A stretch of DNA of 64,000 nt from Hemiscyllium ocellatum. Its lineage: Eukaryota. Below the pieces are notes generated by a model. It had not been told where the DNA came from. It searched no databases and was given only the letters and a program-made list of their open reading frames with translations. The position numbers and the translations under genes are program-made. The stretch's first letter is position 1. Every line of letters starts with the position of its first letter. The DNA is taken from assembly GCF_020745735.1 (NCBI RefSeq), contig NC_083423.1, positions 18,228,001-18,292,000 of the forward strand. The letters are read 5' to 3'. Below, one piece after another: positions 52,448 through 64,000 of the stretch.

Positions 52448-52584
52448 GTATGAAATTAATGGAGCATAGTGCTGTACAGCAACATGTCCTGATGAAGGGC
52501 TCTGGCCCGAAACGTCGAATTTCCTGTTCTTTGGATGCTGCCTGACCTGCTGTGCTTTAACCAGCAACACATTTTCAGCTCTTA
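52448..52584 (+). mobile_element. Short Penelope-tail insertion with a 13-bp TSD and an extra 5' templated segment
   Basis: TSD CTAATAGCTTTAG (52435-52447, 52585-52597); hammerhead core at 52489-52516. Confidence 0.85.
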
Positions 52585-53079
52585 CTAATAGCTTTAGAAC
52601 CCAAACATCTTGATTCGTAGTACTGCTGCCAAGCCACTCTTGGTGACGGACATTGCAATCCCCCAACCAGAGTACATTTTGTGCCCTTGCCATCCTCAGT
52701 TCAACAAGTGTTGATTCATCAGCTCAGGTAGGGTGGTACATGGTAATCAGCAGGAGGGTTCCTTGCCCATGTTTAACCTGAAGCCACAAGACTTCATGAG
52801 ATACAGAGTCAATGTTGAGGTGTTCCAGGGCAACTCCCTTTTTCCTGTATACCACTCTGCTGCCACCTCTGCCAAACAGTCCTGCTAGTGGGACAGGACA
52901 TACCCAGGGAGGGTGATGCATGAATGAATATCCTTTATTGTCATGTGCATTCAATATTTACAGTGAAAAGTGTGTGAAGTCGCTTGTACATGAGTGCCAT
53001 TCACATTAACTTAGAATAGAGAAAAAAATAACTTTAAGGGAATCCAGCTTTCTTTCTCCACTACGATAACATACCACCA

Positions 53080-53582
53080 CTAGAGTCCCTCTCTGGGCAT
53101 CCCAATTCCCACCATGTCACCATAAGAGTGTCCCACTCTGGGCTGCACCAGCTCACGCCATGTTGCCAAGCGAGAATCCCACTACGGGTTGCACCAGCCT
53201 ACATCATGTCACCAAAGAGTGTCCCACTCCAGACTGCACCAGTCCACACTATGTCACCAAGACAGTGTCCCGCTCCAGGCTGCACCAACCTACACCATAT
53301 TGCCAAGACAGTATCCCACTCCGGCTGCACCAGCCCACATATCTCGCCAATAGTGTCCCACTCTTGGCTGAACCAGCTCCTACACATCCCACCAATAGAG
53401 TGTCCCACTCTGGGCTGCACCAGCTCCTGCCTAGTCGCCAAGAGAGGATCCCACTCTGGAGAGTTCCCACCAAGCCTCCAAAACAGCCACTCCAGGCTTC
53501 CCAACCCACACCATGCCGCTGCAAAAGTGTCCTGCTCCAGGTTTCACCAGCCTATGCTGTGCCGCAGAGAATGTCCTGCTGG
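53080..53582. repeat. Diverged minisatellite, about 46-bp unit, about 11 copies
   Basis: Recurring AGTGTCCCACTC..GGCTGCACCAGC..CCATGT.GCCAAG with periods of 42-47 bp. Confidence 0.9.
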
Positions 53583-54156
53583 TAATGGTGGTGTCTGGGA
53601 CATTGACTGTAAGGTATGATTCCGTCAAGCTGTTGCAAGTCAACAGGGCTGTTTCTTCCATTGTCTTTTCCAGTGTCCTATCTTGATACCAGGTGATCTG
53701 TCTGGTTTCATTTCTTTGAGACTTTGTAATGAGTGGTGCAACTGAATGGCTTGTTGGGCTGTTTCAAAGGGTAATAAGAGTCAATCCCATTCCCGTGAGT
53801 CTGGAGTATAGAGCCCTGATAAAGGGTTTATGCCTGAAACATTGATTCTCCTGCTCCTCGGATGCTGCCTGACCTGCTGTGCTTTTCCAGTCTGGAGTCA
53901 CATGTTGGCCAGACCAGGTTAGGATGCCAGATTTCCTTCCCTGAAAGGCACTAGTGAACTACAAGGGTTTTTCCAAGAATGAGCAATGATTTCATGCTTT
54001 TAATTGAATTTGGATTCCACCACCACCTACTGTGACAGAATTTGAACCCGGGTCACCAGAACATTAGCTGAGTTTTCTGGATTAATAGTCTAGCATTAAT
54101 ACCATTGGGCCATCACCTCCCCTAAAAGTTAGCAAGCAGATGTAGCAAGCAATTAG

Positions 54157-54380
54157 CGCTGAAAATGTGTTGCTGGTTAAAGCGCAGCAGGTCAGGCAGC
54201 ATCCAAGGAACAGGAAATTCGACGTTTCGGGCAAAAGTCCTTCATCAGGAATGGATGAAGGGCTTTTGCCTGAAACATCGAATTTCCTGTTCCTTGGATG
54301 CTGCCTGACCTGCTGCGTTTTAACCAGCAACACATTTTTCAGCTCTGGTCTCCAGCATCTGCAGACCTCACTTTTTACTC
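54157..54380. mobile_element. Palindromic (head-to-head) Penelope-derived short element
   Basis: 15-bp TSD GTAGCAAGCAATTAG (54142-54156, 54381-54395); minus-strand hammerhead motif at 54217-54252. Confidence 0.9.
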
Positions 54381-55917
54381 GTAGCAAGCAATTAGGAAGG
54401 AAAATGCTATTTTGACCTTCAATGTGAAGGGATTTGAGCACAGAAAGAAAAATATCTTCCTGCAATTGTACAGAGCTTTGGTTAGACCAGACCTTGAGTA
54501 GTCTGGGGGAATGGGATTTTGGTCTCCTTATTTACAGAAAGATATACTTACCATTCAAGTACAATGAAGATTTGGTACACTCGTTCCTGGGATAGTGGGA
54601 CTGTCTTATGAGGAGAGATTGAGGAAATTGGAGCTATATTCAAAGAAGTGATGATCCAACTGAAACTTACAAATTTCTTACGATGTGAAACAGGGTGGAT
54701 ATAGATAGGATTGGTGTAATTTTCCCAGCTTTGAAACAATGTCAGCAATGATAAGACAGTTGAGAAGATACAGTGAGAATGAAATAAATAAGATTCTTGA
54801 TATCAAAAAAAAATCCAATTTTCCATTTGAGTTTTCAATGGCTAAATTAGATTCTTGCTCGTGAACAGTGAGAGGCTTATTTGCATACATTAACATCTCA
54901 TTACCTAATCAACACCAATATATCTAAAAAAAAGTTCCTGATTTGCATGTAAGTTGGTTTTCTCAGGTGTTGGAGATAAACTAAACTGTTGTAGTGTTAG
55001 GCTTATCTCCAACCCAGATTGTTAACAGTTAATCATTAAGGATTAATTGGATATGGCAATAAGTAATTTAAGGAAAATACATGAAAATCAGGCTGAATAG
55101 AAAGCAGCCTGTTTTGGTCGGCAATAATCTTGCCTTTGCTTGGCAACAGGCTATTTTGCAGTGACACCTGGATTTGGTTGTGATGACCAAGCAGAGGGGA
55201 ATGCATTGGAAAGTACTCTGGAATGGCAACACATGGGTCTGGGTGGGTTACTCTTTGGACAGTCGGTGTGGACTTGTTGGGCCGAAGGGCCTGTATCCAC
55301 ACTGTGGGGAATCCAATCTAATCTAATAAAACACAACACATAATATCAGACTCAGAATGGTATTAATACTGTGCATTTTTCCCAGCCTGGGGAGATCTTA
55401 TACCGTTGGACTGGGTGCATAGACCAGAGCCATGGAAACTGAGGTAGAGATTCATGTGCCAGCCATCACCCAGCTGTCCCTAACAGGCAGAAGGTAGTGA
55501 GACTCATTTGTTGAATATATCTAAGTGGTTTAAGCTGGCAGATTCACTTATTTATCTAAGTTAGATTAAGCTAATAAATTTGCTTTATTTCTAAGTATAC
55601 ATGTCATCTTGTATGCACATTGATCAGACCTTAAAGAACTGGTTAGGCACTTTCAGCCTACAATGTAATGTGCCAAATCTGGACTTGAGTCACAGAGGTC
55701 ATGTGATGGCTACAGTTCACCACTGTTTTCTCCAAACATCCACCTTGGCCAATCCTCCCCAACATCTCAGGGTACCCTGCATCTGCAGAGGCACCAGCCT
55801 CACCAGACTCCCCCAATGCAACTATTTGAAGGATTCATGCACAATGATTTGCTTACAGACACATTGACCTCCGATTCCAGAAGTTGCTGTCCTACACAGT
55901 GACATAAAACAAAATAC

Positions 55918-55948
55918 TACCTTTCGGAGTACTGCTCCTTCATCAGGT
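55918..55948 (-). ncRNA. Hammerhead-like motif from a second Penelope-derived family
   Basis: Reverse complement reads CTGATGA-A-GGAG-CAGTA-CTCC-GAAA-GGTA; degenerate relatives near 9900, 37460 and 56430. Confidence 0.45.
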
Positions 55949-55949
55949 A

Positions 55950-56250
55950 GATTAGATTAAATTAGGTTCCCTACAGTGTGGAAACAGGCCTTTCGGCCCA
56001 ACCAGTCCAGACCAACCCTCCGAAGAGTAATCCACCTAGACCAATGCAATTAACACTATGGGCAATTTAGCATAGGCAATTCACCTGGCCTGCACATCTT
56101 TGTACTGTGAAAGGAAACCAGAGCACCCAGAGGAAACCTACGCAGACACGGGGAGAATGTGCAAACTCCACGCAGACAGTCACCCAAGGCTGGAATCAAA
56201 CCTGGGACTGCGAGGCAGCAGTGCTAACCACTGAGCCATCATGCCATGAA
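55950..56250 (-). mobile_element. HE1-type V-SINE
   Basis: (GATTA)n tail, V-domain and tRNA head in reverse complement. Confidence 0.85.
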
Positions 56251-57022
56251 TCAGTTGTATGGCACTATGATCTTTTGCTCTAAATTCAGTTTCCTATGAT
56301 CCTGCCCCACTAGTTACCTAATTCCAAATACATCTGTTGGACTATCACCTGGTGTTGTATGATTTTTAACTTTGTCCACCCCCCCCCCCCCCCCAGTCCA
56401 ACACCAGCACCTCCACCTCCACATCATGGCCTTCTTCAGGTAGCTAGTGGGGCAGGATATAGGACACAGAATTTATAAGTAAAAGATCAAAGTGTCAAAT
56501 AACTGATGTGATGTATTAGAAAAACCTAGATGGCTGTTAAGTCTTTAATCACTTGGAATGGGGATGCAGGTTTTGATTAGCAGAATTATAATGTAAAATG
56601 TCAATGAGCTCCAAAGTGCAGTAGTGAATTGTTGAACTGCATTACAAATTAGTCTAAATGTCATAATGGAAATAAACCTGTTGGACTATAATCTGGTGTT
56701 GTGTGATTTTCAACACTGTCCACCCCAGTCCAACACTGGCACCTCCACATCATGGTTTTGAGCACAGACAGGCACCTATCTCTTATGTCAGAATAGGTTG
56801 CTTCTTAGGACTCTTAACTGGCTTTTTTAGCATTCACTCACTTTGTAGTTATATGGCTCACAACATCTCTGCTTTACCTTTTAGAAGGGACAGAAAGCCA
56901 GGCAGCTTGTTATGGCTTTTAGCAATGAACAAGCAAGGGTTGGTCATGTTGCTGTACAGCACTATGTTCCATTAATTTCACACCTACAAAATATGGCAGT
57001 AGCTTATGCAGCAAACACAGTA

Positions 57023-57183
57023 CAGAGGAACCTCGATTATCCAAACATCACGGGCAGGGAGTATTTAGTTTGGATAATAGAATGTTCAAATAGTTGAATG
57101 CTGGATAACACTGTTTAGCCAAGCATCGGGACCTTGCGACCTTGTTCGGATAATCCGAAATTTGGATAATCGAAGTTCCTCTG
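57023..57183. mobile_element. Tc1/mariner (Tigger/pogo-type) MITE
   Basis: TA-CAGAGGAACCTCGATTATCC...GGATAATCGAAGTTCCTCTG-TA: terminal inverted repeats with a TA TSD, 161 bp. Confidence 0.88.
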
Positions 57184-59689
57184 TACATGTGCATCAACTA
57201 AAATGCTACATCTGAAAGTCAAAGGTGGCCAATCTTCAGGCCACTTAAGCGGATTATGGTCAATCAAGGACCTGGAATGAATGCAAGTAGCAGGTATGGC
57301 CACAAGGGGATGACAGAGTATTCCTGATATGAAAGACTGAAAAAAAGATGAAAGAACTGCAGCTGCGTGAAATCAGAAACAAAAACAGAAATTGCTGAAA
57401 CAACTTGACAGATCAGTTCTGAAGAAGGGTCGCTGGACCTGAAATAACTGTCTATACTTAACATTTTGTGAGTAAATCTTCCCTGTTATTCAAAAACAAT
57501 AAAGGTTTCAATTGGTTACAACAGAAAATGTCATGCAGATAAATAACTGAAGTTGTAAGCTGTCCTCCATTGCTACTATAGTCATTCCTCCATATTTGCA
57601 AAGGTTCCATTCCTGAGAATCCTTGTGAATGATGAAATTCCCGAATGTTGAGCTTATTAAAATTGGCTAAAATAGTTAAAATTTCACAGATACATAATTT
57701 TTGCCCGTGGATGTTGATTTTTGTTGTTAATTATGTTTTAGCACGTATAGGTGATTTAGCTAAGGCAGAGGATTTACTGTAGATTTATTAAAAGGATATC
57801 TAAACCTAAAACAAACAAAGAAAATGCTGGAGAAACTCTGCAGGTCTGGCAGCATCTGTGGAGAGAAATAGAATTAAGGGTTTGAGTCTGGTATGATTCT
57901 TCTTCAGTGAAGTAGAGGCATACTGGATTGATCATTTCCCTGCAATAAAAATTGTAGATAAAATTGCAAGATGCTGTTAAAGTGTAATCTTGATACAATT
58001 CCAGTGTTCATGCAATGACAGACTTATCACTGCTATAATTAAATAAGTAAACACTGGCCTGACAGCATTAAACTTCAGTTTCTCATCTTTCTTACCATTA
58101 TTATAATTAGATAAAAGCAATTGATGTGGTTAATGCATAGATAAGAGTTACACGTTTCTTCAAGAACCTTGAGCTTGCTATTTATTTATCTCTTACAGTT
58201 TTTTGTTGCTTCTGAATACACCACCTGCTGAGTTGCACTAATTATGAACACCCCTAGTTTGCCCATTTCATTTTTGTCAGCTTTTTATCTTCTTAATATT
58301 TCTCGTTCTCTCTCTTTTTAATTAATTATGTTTAAGTGTAACTTATTTCTGTGTCTCTTGATTTCTTATTCCAGTTTTCTTATGTCCACATCTTCACACA
58401 TTTGTAATAAGAGTATATAATTATTGGAAGTACACATATGACCACTCGCAGTTGAAGAGAAGAAACCAATTAACGCTTCCCACAAAGATCCATTCTGAAG
58501 AAGAATTTATACTTTAAATCTTAAACTACTAAACCTTTTCAGATTCTGATGGACATAGTTTCTGTTTTTATTTGTCTTATTTCAGTTAATCATGTTACAC
58601 GCAGTGGGTTGATAAATGGCAAGTGCACTTACCCCAACACGTGTCAAATGAGACTACCTCCAACAAATATCAATCTAACCACCTGATATTCAATGGCATT
58701 ACCATTGCAGAATCCTGTTCAGTCTCAAAGCATGTCAAGGAGTAAGGAAGTATTGCTGCAAATGTACATGGATTTAATGAAACCACAACTGATGTACCTA
58801 TTATATGTTTTTTATTTCTCTACCTATGGAAAGTTTTGTTTACCTTAGAGGGGATGCAGTGTAGATTCACTAATTGATACCTAGAATGAAAGGGTTATCT
58901 GGTGAAAAGAGATTGAGTGGAATGGGGTTATATTCTAAGAAGGTTAGAATATTGAGAGGTGATTTGATTGAAACACTTAAGTGTCTGAGAGAGTTTGACA
59001 GGGTTGACGCTGAGAGATTGCATCCTCTGGTTTTCTAAAAGATGTTTCTTTTATTCATTCATGGGATGTGGGCACAGCTGGCTAGGTTGGCATTTATTGC
59101 TCATCCCTATCTGGCTTTGAGAAGGTGATAATGAACTACCTTCTTAAATCACTGCAGTCCTTGGAGTATATAGAATCCACTGAGCTGTTAGGAAGGGAGT
59201 TCTAGGATTCTGACCCAGTATCAGAGAAGGAATGGTGATACGGTTACAAGTCAAGATGGTATGTGATTTGGTGAGGAACTTGTGGGTAGTAATATTCTCA
59301 TGCTTCTGCTGTCTTATCCTTCTCAGTGGTAAAAGTAGCAGGGTTGGAAGGTGCTACCAAAGAGGCCTTGGTGTATTATTGGCCATACATCTTGTCAATT
59401 GTACATACTTTTGGCACTGAGAGTTAGTTGAGATGGGAGTAAAACGTGCAGGTAGACCATGTGCATATTTAAGGCTGAGATAGATTCTTGATTAGTTGGG
59501 GAATCAACAGTTATGGGAAAGGGCAGGAAAGTGGATGTGAGGAATGTTGGATCAGGCATAGAGTCATAGAAGTGTACAGCATAGAAACAGACCCTTTGGT
59601 CCAAATTGTCCATGCTGACCAGATATGCTAACCTAATCTAGTCCCCTTTGCCAGCACTTGGCCCCTATCTCACTAAGCCCTTCCTTGGC

Positions 59690-62600
59690 TCATGGTGAGG
59701 AGAGAGAGAGAGAGAACCTGCACAGTTACTGCCTTTGCTGTTTTTGAATTCATATGTCGCTGGACATCGGAATGCATCTGGGAAAATTAACAAATAGTGA
59801 ATTTCACAACTAATCTTGGAGGAACCGATTTGGGTGAAGTTCACAACACAGAATCAGATAAGTTAATTGTGGTTTTAAGTCTGTCCAAGAGAAAGGCTGT
59901 ATTAGTGAGTACAGTGGGTTCTTTCTTGATTATGTTTTTGTAGATAAGTCTCTTGATTAAACTTAAAATATAAACCATAGCTATTAATTCAACCTGGTGC
60001 AGTGTTTTGTTGAGGAATAAGACGATGTTATTTTCTGGGTCTGTAGATTGTGAAGGAGCAAAAATGGCCTTTGCAGTGATATGTACTTCTTGTCGGATGT
60101 GAGAGTTTAAAGAGAGTTTAAGGCTTACTGCGGATTATATCTACCATAAATGCTGTTATATCTACTATAATCTTATCAGATCAAGTGGATCAGTTGGAGA
60201 GACAGATAGAACTGATGAGGAATTTGCAACAACAACTGTATGTGATGGATGGTAGTTATAGGAAGGGAGGAAAGTCTCAGATACAGTCACATAGATGGGT
60301 TAACTCCAGGAAGAGTAAGAGAAGTCGGCACCTAGGGCAGGAGTCTTTTGTGGATATACCCATTTCAAATAGGTATGCTGTTTTGGAAAATGTGGTGGTT
60401 GTGGTAGTGGAGGCGGAGGGGGGGAGGTGATGGATTCTCAGGGGAACATAGCACGAACAGCCAAGTTTCTGATATTAAGATTAATGCAACGAGGAGTACA
60501 TCGGCTTCCAAGAGATCAATTATGTGAAGGGATTCTCTAGTCCGAGGTACAGGCAGACGTTTCTGTGGTCAGCAGAGAAAAAGCAGAATGGTGTATTGTT
60601 TCCCTGGTGCCAGGATCAAGGATGTCTCAGAGAGGGTGCAGAATGTTCTCACGGGGGAGAGGGGTCAGCAAGAGGTCATTGTCCACATTGGAACCACATT
60701 GGAAGGGGAAGGGTTGAGATTCTGAAGGGAGAGTACAGAGAGTTAGGCAGGAATTTAAAAAGGAGGTCCTCAAAGGTAGTAATATCTGGATTACTCCCGG
60801 TGCTATGAGCTAATGAGGGCAGGAATAGGAGGATAGAGCAAATGAATGCATGGCTGAGGAGCTGGTGTATGGGAGAAGGATTCACATTTTTGGATCATTG
60901 GAATTTCTTTTGGGGTAGAAGTGACCTGTACAAGGACGGATTGCACCTAAATTGGAAGGGGACTAATATACTGGCAGGGAAATTTGCTAGAACTGCTTGG
61001 GAGGATTTAAACTAGTAAGGTTGGTGGGTGGGTGGGGGGGGTGAAGGTTGGTGGGGGGTGTGTGGAGGTTGTTGGGACCCAGGGAGATAGTGGGGAAATA
61101 GATCAATCTGAGACTGGTACAGTTGAGATCAGAATTGAATCAAACAGTCAGGGCAGGCAGGGACAAGGTAGGATGAATAAATTAAACTGCATTTATTTCA
61201 ATGCAAGAGGCCTAACAGGGAAGGCAGGTGAACTCAGGGCATGGTTAGGAACATGGGACTGGGATATCATAGCAATTACAGAAACATGGCTCAGGAATGG
61301 GCAGGACTGGCAGCTTATAGTTCCAGGATACAAATGCTAAAGGAAGGATAGAAAGGGAGTCAAGAGAGGAGGGGGAGTGGCATTTTTGATAAGGGATAGC
61401 ATTACAGCTGTGCTGAGGGAGGATATTCCCGGAAATACATCTAGGAATGTTATTTGAGTGGAACTGAGAAATAAGAAAGGGATAATTACCTTATTGGGAT
61501 TGTATTATAGACCCCCTAATAGTCAGAGGGAAATTGAGAAACAAACTTGTGAGAAGATCTCAGCTATCTGTAAGAATGATAGGATCGTTATGGTAGGGGA
61601 TTTTAACTTTCCAAACATCGACTGGGACTGCCATAGTGTTAAAGGTTTAGATGGAGAGGAATTTCTTAAGTGCATACAAGAACATTTTCTGATTCAGTAT
61701 GTGGATGTAACTACTAGAGAAGGTGCAAAACATGACCTACTCTTGGGAAATAGGCAGGGCAGGTGTCTGAGGTGTCAGTGGGGGAGCACTTTGGGGCCAG
61801 CGACCATACTTCTATTTGTTTTAAAATCATGATGGAAAAGGACAGACCAGATCTAAAAGTTTAAGTTCTAAATTGGAGAAAGGCCAATTTTGACAGTGTT
61901 AGGCAAGAACTTTCGAAAGCTGATTGGAGGCAGATATTCGCAGGTAAAGGGATGGCTGGAAAATAGGAAGCCTTCAGAAATGAGATAACAAGAATCCAGA
62001 GAAAGTATATTCCTGTCAGGGTGAAAGGTAAGGCTGGTAGGTATAGGGAATGCTGGATGACTAAAGAAATTGAGGGTTTGGTTACGAAAAAGAAGGAAGC
62101 ATATGTCAGGTATAGACAGGATAGATCGAGTGTATCCTTAGAAGAATATTAAAGGAAGTAGGAGTGTACTTAAGAGGGAAATCAGGACGGCAAAAAGGGG
62201 ACATGAGACAGCTTTGGAAAATAGAATTAAGGAGGATCCAAAGAGTTTTTACAAATATATTAAGGACAAAAGGGTAACTAGGAAGAGAATAGGGCCCCTC
62301 AAAGATCAGCAAGGCGGCCTTTGTGTAGAGCCACAGAAAATGGGGGAGATACTAAATGAATATTTTGCATCAGTATTTACTGTGGAAAAGGATATGGAAG
62401 ATATAGAATGTAGGGAAATAGATAGTGACATTGTGCAAAATGTCCAGATTGCAGAGGAGGAAGTGCTGGATGTCTTGAAACAGTTAAAGGTGGATAAATC
62501 CCCAGGACTCGATCAAGTGTACCTGAGAACTCTGTGGGAAGCTAGAGAAGTGATTGTTGGGCCTCTTGCTGAGATATTTGTATCATCGATAGTCACAGGT

Positions 62601-64000
62601 GAGGTGCCGGAAGACTGGAGGTTGGCAAACGTGGTGCCACTGTTTAAGAAGGGTGGTAAAGACAAGCCAGGGAACTATAGACCAGTGAGCCTGACCACAG
62701 TGGTGAGCAAGTTGTTGGAGGGAATCCCGAGGGACAGGGTGTATATGAATTTGGAAAGGCAAGGACTGATTTGGGATAGTCAACATGGCTTTGTGTGTGG
62801 GAAATCATATCTCACAAACTTGATTGAGTTTTTGAAGAAGTAGCAAAGAAGATTGATGAGGGCAGAGCAGTAGATGTGATCTATATGGACTTCAGTAAGG
62901 CGTTCGACAAGGTTCCCCATGGGAGACTGATTAGTAAGGTTAGATCTCATGGAATAAAGGGAGAACTAGTCATTTGGATACAGAACTGGCTCAAAGGTAG
63001 AAGACAGAGTGTTGGTGGAGGGTTGTTTTTCAGACTGGAGGCCCGTGACCAGTGGAGTGCCACAAGGATCGGTGCTGGGTCCTCTACTTTTTGTCATTTA
63101 CATAAGAGGTACAGTTAGTAGGTGTGCAGAAGACACCAAAATTGGAGGTGTAGTGGATAAATTACAACAGGATCTGGATGAGATGGGCCAATGGGCTGAG
63201 AAGTGGCAGATGGAGTTCAATTCAGATAAATGTGAGGTGCTGCGTTTTGGGAAAGCAAATCTTAGCAGGACTAATACACTTAATGGTAATGTCCTAGGTA
63301 GTGTTGCTCAACAAAGAGACCTTGGCGTGCAGGTTCATAGCTCCTTGAAAGTGGAGTCGTAGGTAGATAGGATAGTGAAGAAGGCATTTGGTATGCGTTC
63401 CTTTATTGGTCAGAGTATTGAGTACAGGAGTTGGGAGGTCATGTTGCAGCTGTACAGGACATTGGTTAGGCCACTGTTGGAATACTGCGTGCAATTCTGG
63501 TCTCCTTCCTATCGGAAAGATGTTGTGAAACTTGAAAGGGTTCAGAAAAGATTTACAAGGATGTTGCCAGTGTTGGAGGATTTGAGCGATAGGGAGAGGC
63601 TGAACAGGCTGGGGTTGTTTTCCCTGGAGCTTCGGAGGCTGGGGGGTGACCTTATAGAGGTTTACAAAATTATGAGGGGCATGGATAGGACAAATAGACA
63701 AAGTCTTTTCCCTGGGATCAGGGAGTCCAGAACTAGAGAGCATAGGTTTAGGATGAGAGGGGAAAGGTATAAAAGAGTCCTAGGGGGAAACTTTTTCACG
63801 CAGAGGGTGTATGGAATGAGCTGCCAGAGGATATGGTGGAGGCTGGTACAATTGCAAGATTTAAGAGGTATTTGGATGGGTATATGAATAGGAAGGGTTT
63901 GGAGGGATATGAGCCGGGTGCTGGCAGGTGGGACTAGATTGGGTTGGGATATCTGGTCGGCATGGATAGGTTGGACCGAAGGGTGTGTTTCCATGCTGTA
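59690..64000 (+). mobile_element. Essentially full-length but inactivated CR1/HER1 LINE (5' UTR, ORF1 from 60064, ORF2 from 61173)
   Basis: ORF1 CxxC, coiled coil and SGNH esterase (DGLHLNWKGTNIL); ORF2 MNKLNCIYFNARGL, IAITETW, RT motifs. Multiple stops and frameshifts. The 5' boundary is approximate. Confidence 0.93.

Larger units (their letters stand above)
49075..52950 (-). mobile_element. L2/CR1-group LINE (APE remnant, RT, L2-like tail) with nested insertions
   Basis: KAMGPDNI..KTCAPELA..WKIAEICPVHKK..NYCPISLL..LDIKAAFDLVWHQG; 3' tail GCCAGTCAGCAATGCCCACATCCC. Confidence 0.8.

Noticed and set aside
53080-53582. CRISPR-like reading of the 46-bp periodic array
   Set aside because: Whole units are diverged copies with no constant repeat plus unique spacer, and the context is eukaryotic.
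45107-63994. Many 60-200-aa ORFs in the track
   Set aside because: They are LINE ORF fragments or their antisense shadows, not host genes.

Overview
Repeat-rich vertebrate DNA. The HE1/V-SINE, HER1/CR1 LINE and Penelope-like repeat families point to a shark; an orectolobiform such as a bamboo or epaulette shark is an inference only. Most of the window is retroelement debris: CR1 (two long copies), L2-like, Rex/Babar-like, Penelope GIY-YIG with hammerhead-ribozyme motifs, a Gypsy relic, an ERV-type solo LTR, and MULE and Tigger-type non-autonomous elements. One intact host gene could be assembled by hand on the minus strand (14278-27496). It has six coding exons with compatible splice phases and encodes a ~335-aa type I immunoglobulin-superfamily receptor: leader, germline-joined VJ-type V domain, atypical C1 domain, uncharged TM, and a cytoplasmic tail with two ITIMs (ICYAEL, IVYSSV). 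This non-rearranging, antigen-receptor-like inhibitory receptor is the main finding; most of its exons are absent from the ORF track. Secondary findings: minimal hammerhead ribozymes, a 42-bp locally templated insertion, a perfect 72-bp palindrome at a LINE junction, and an internally deleted FLYWCH/MULE transposon. All exon models and family calls come from manual reading, with no database searches.
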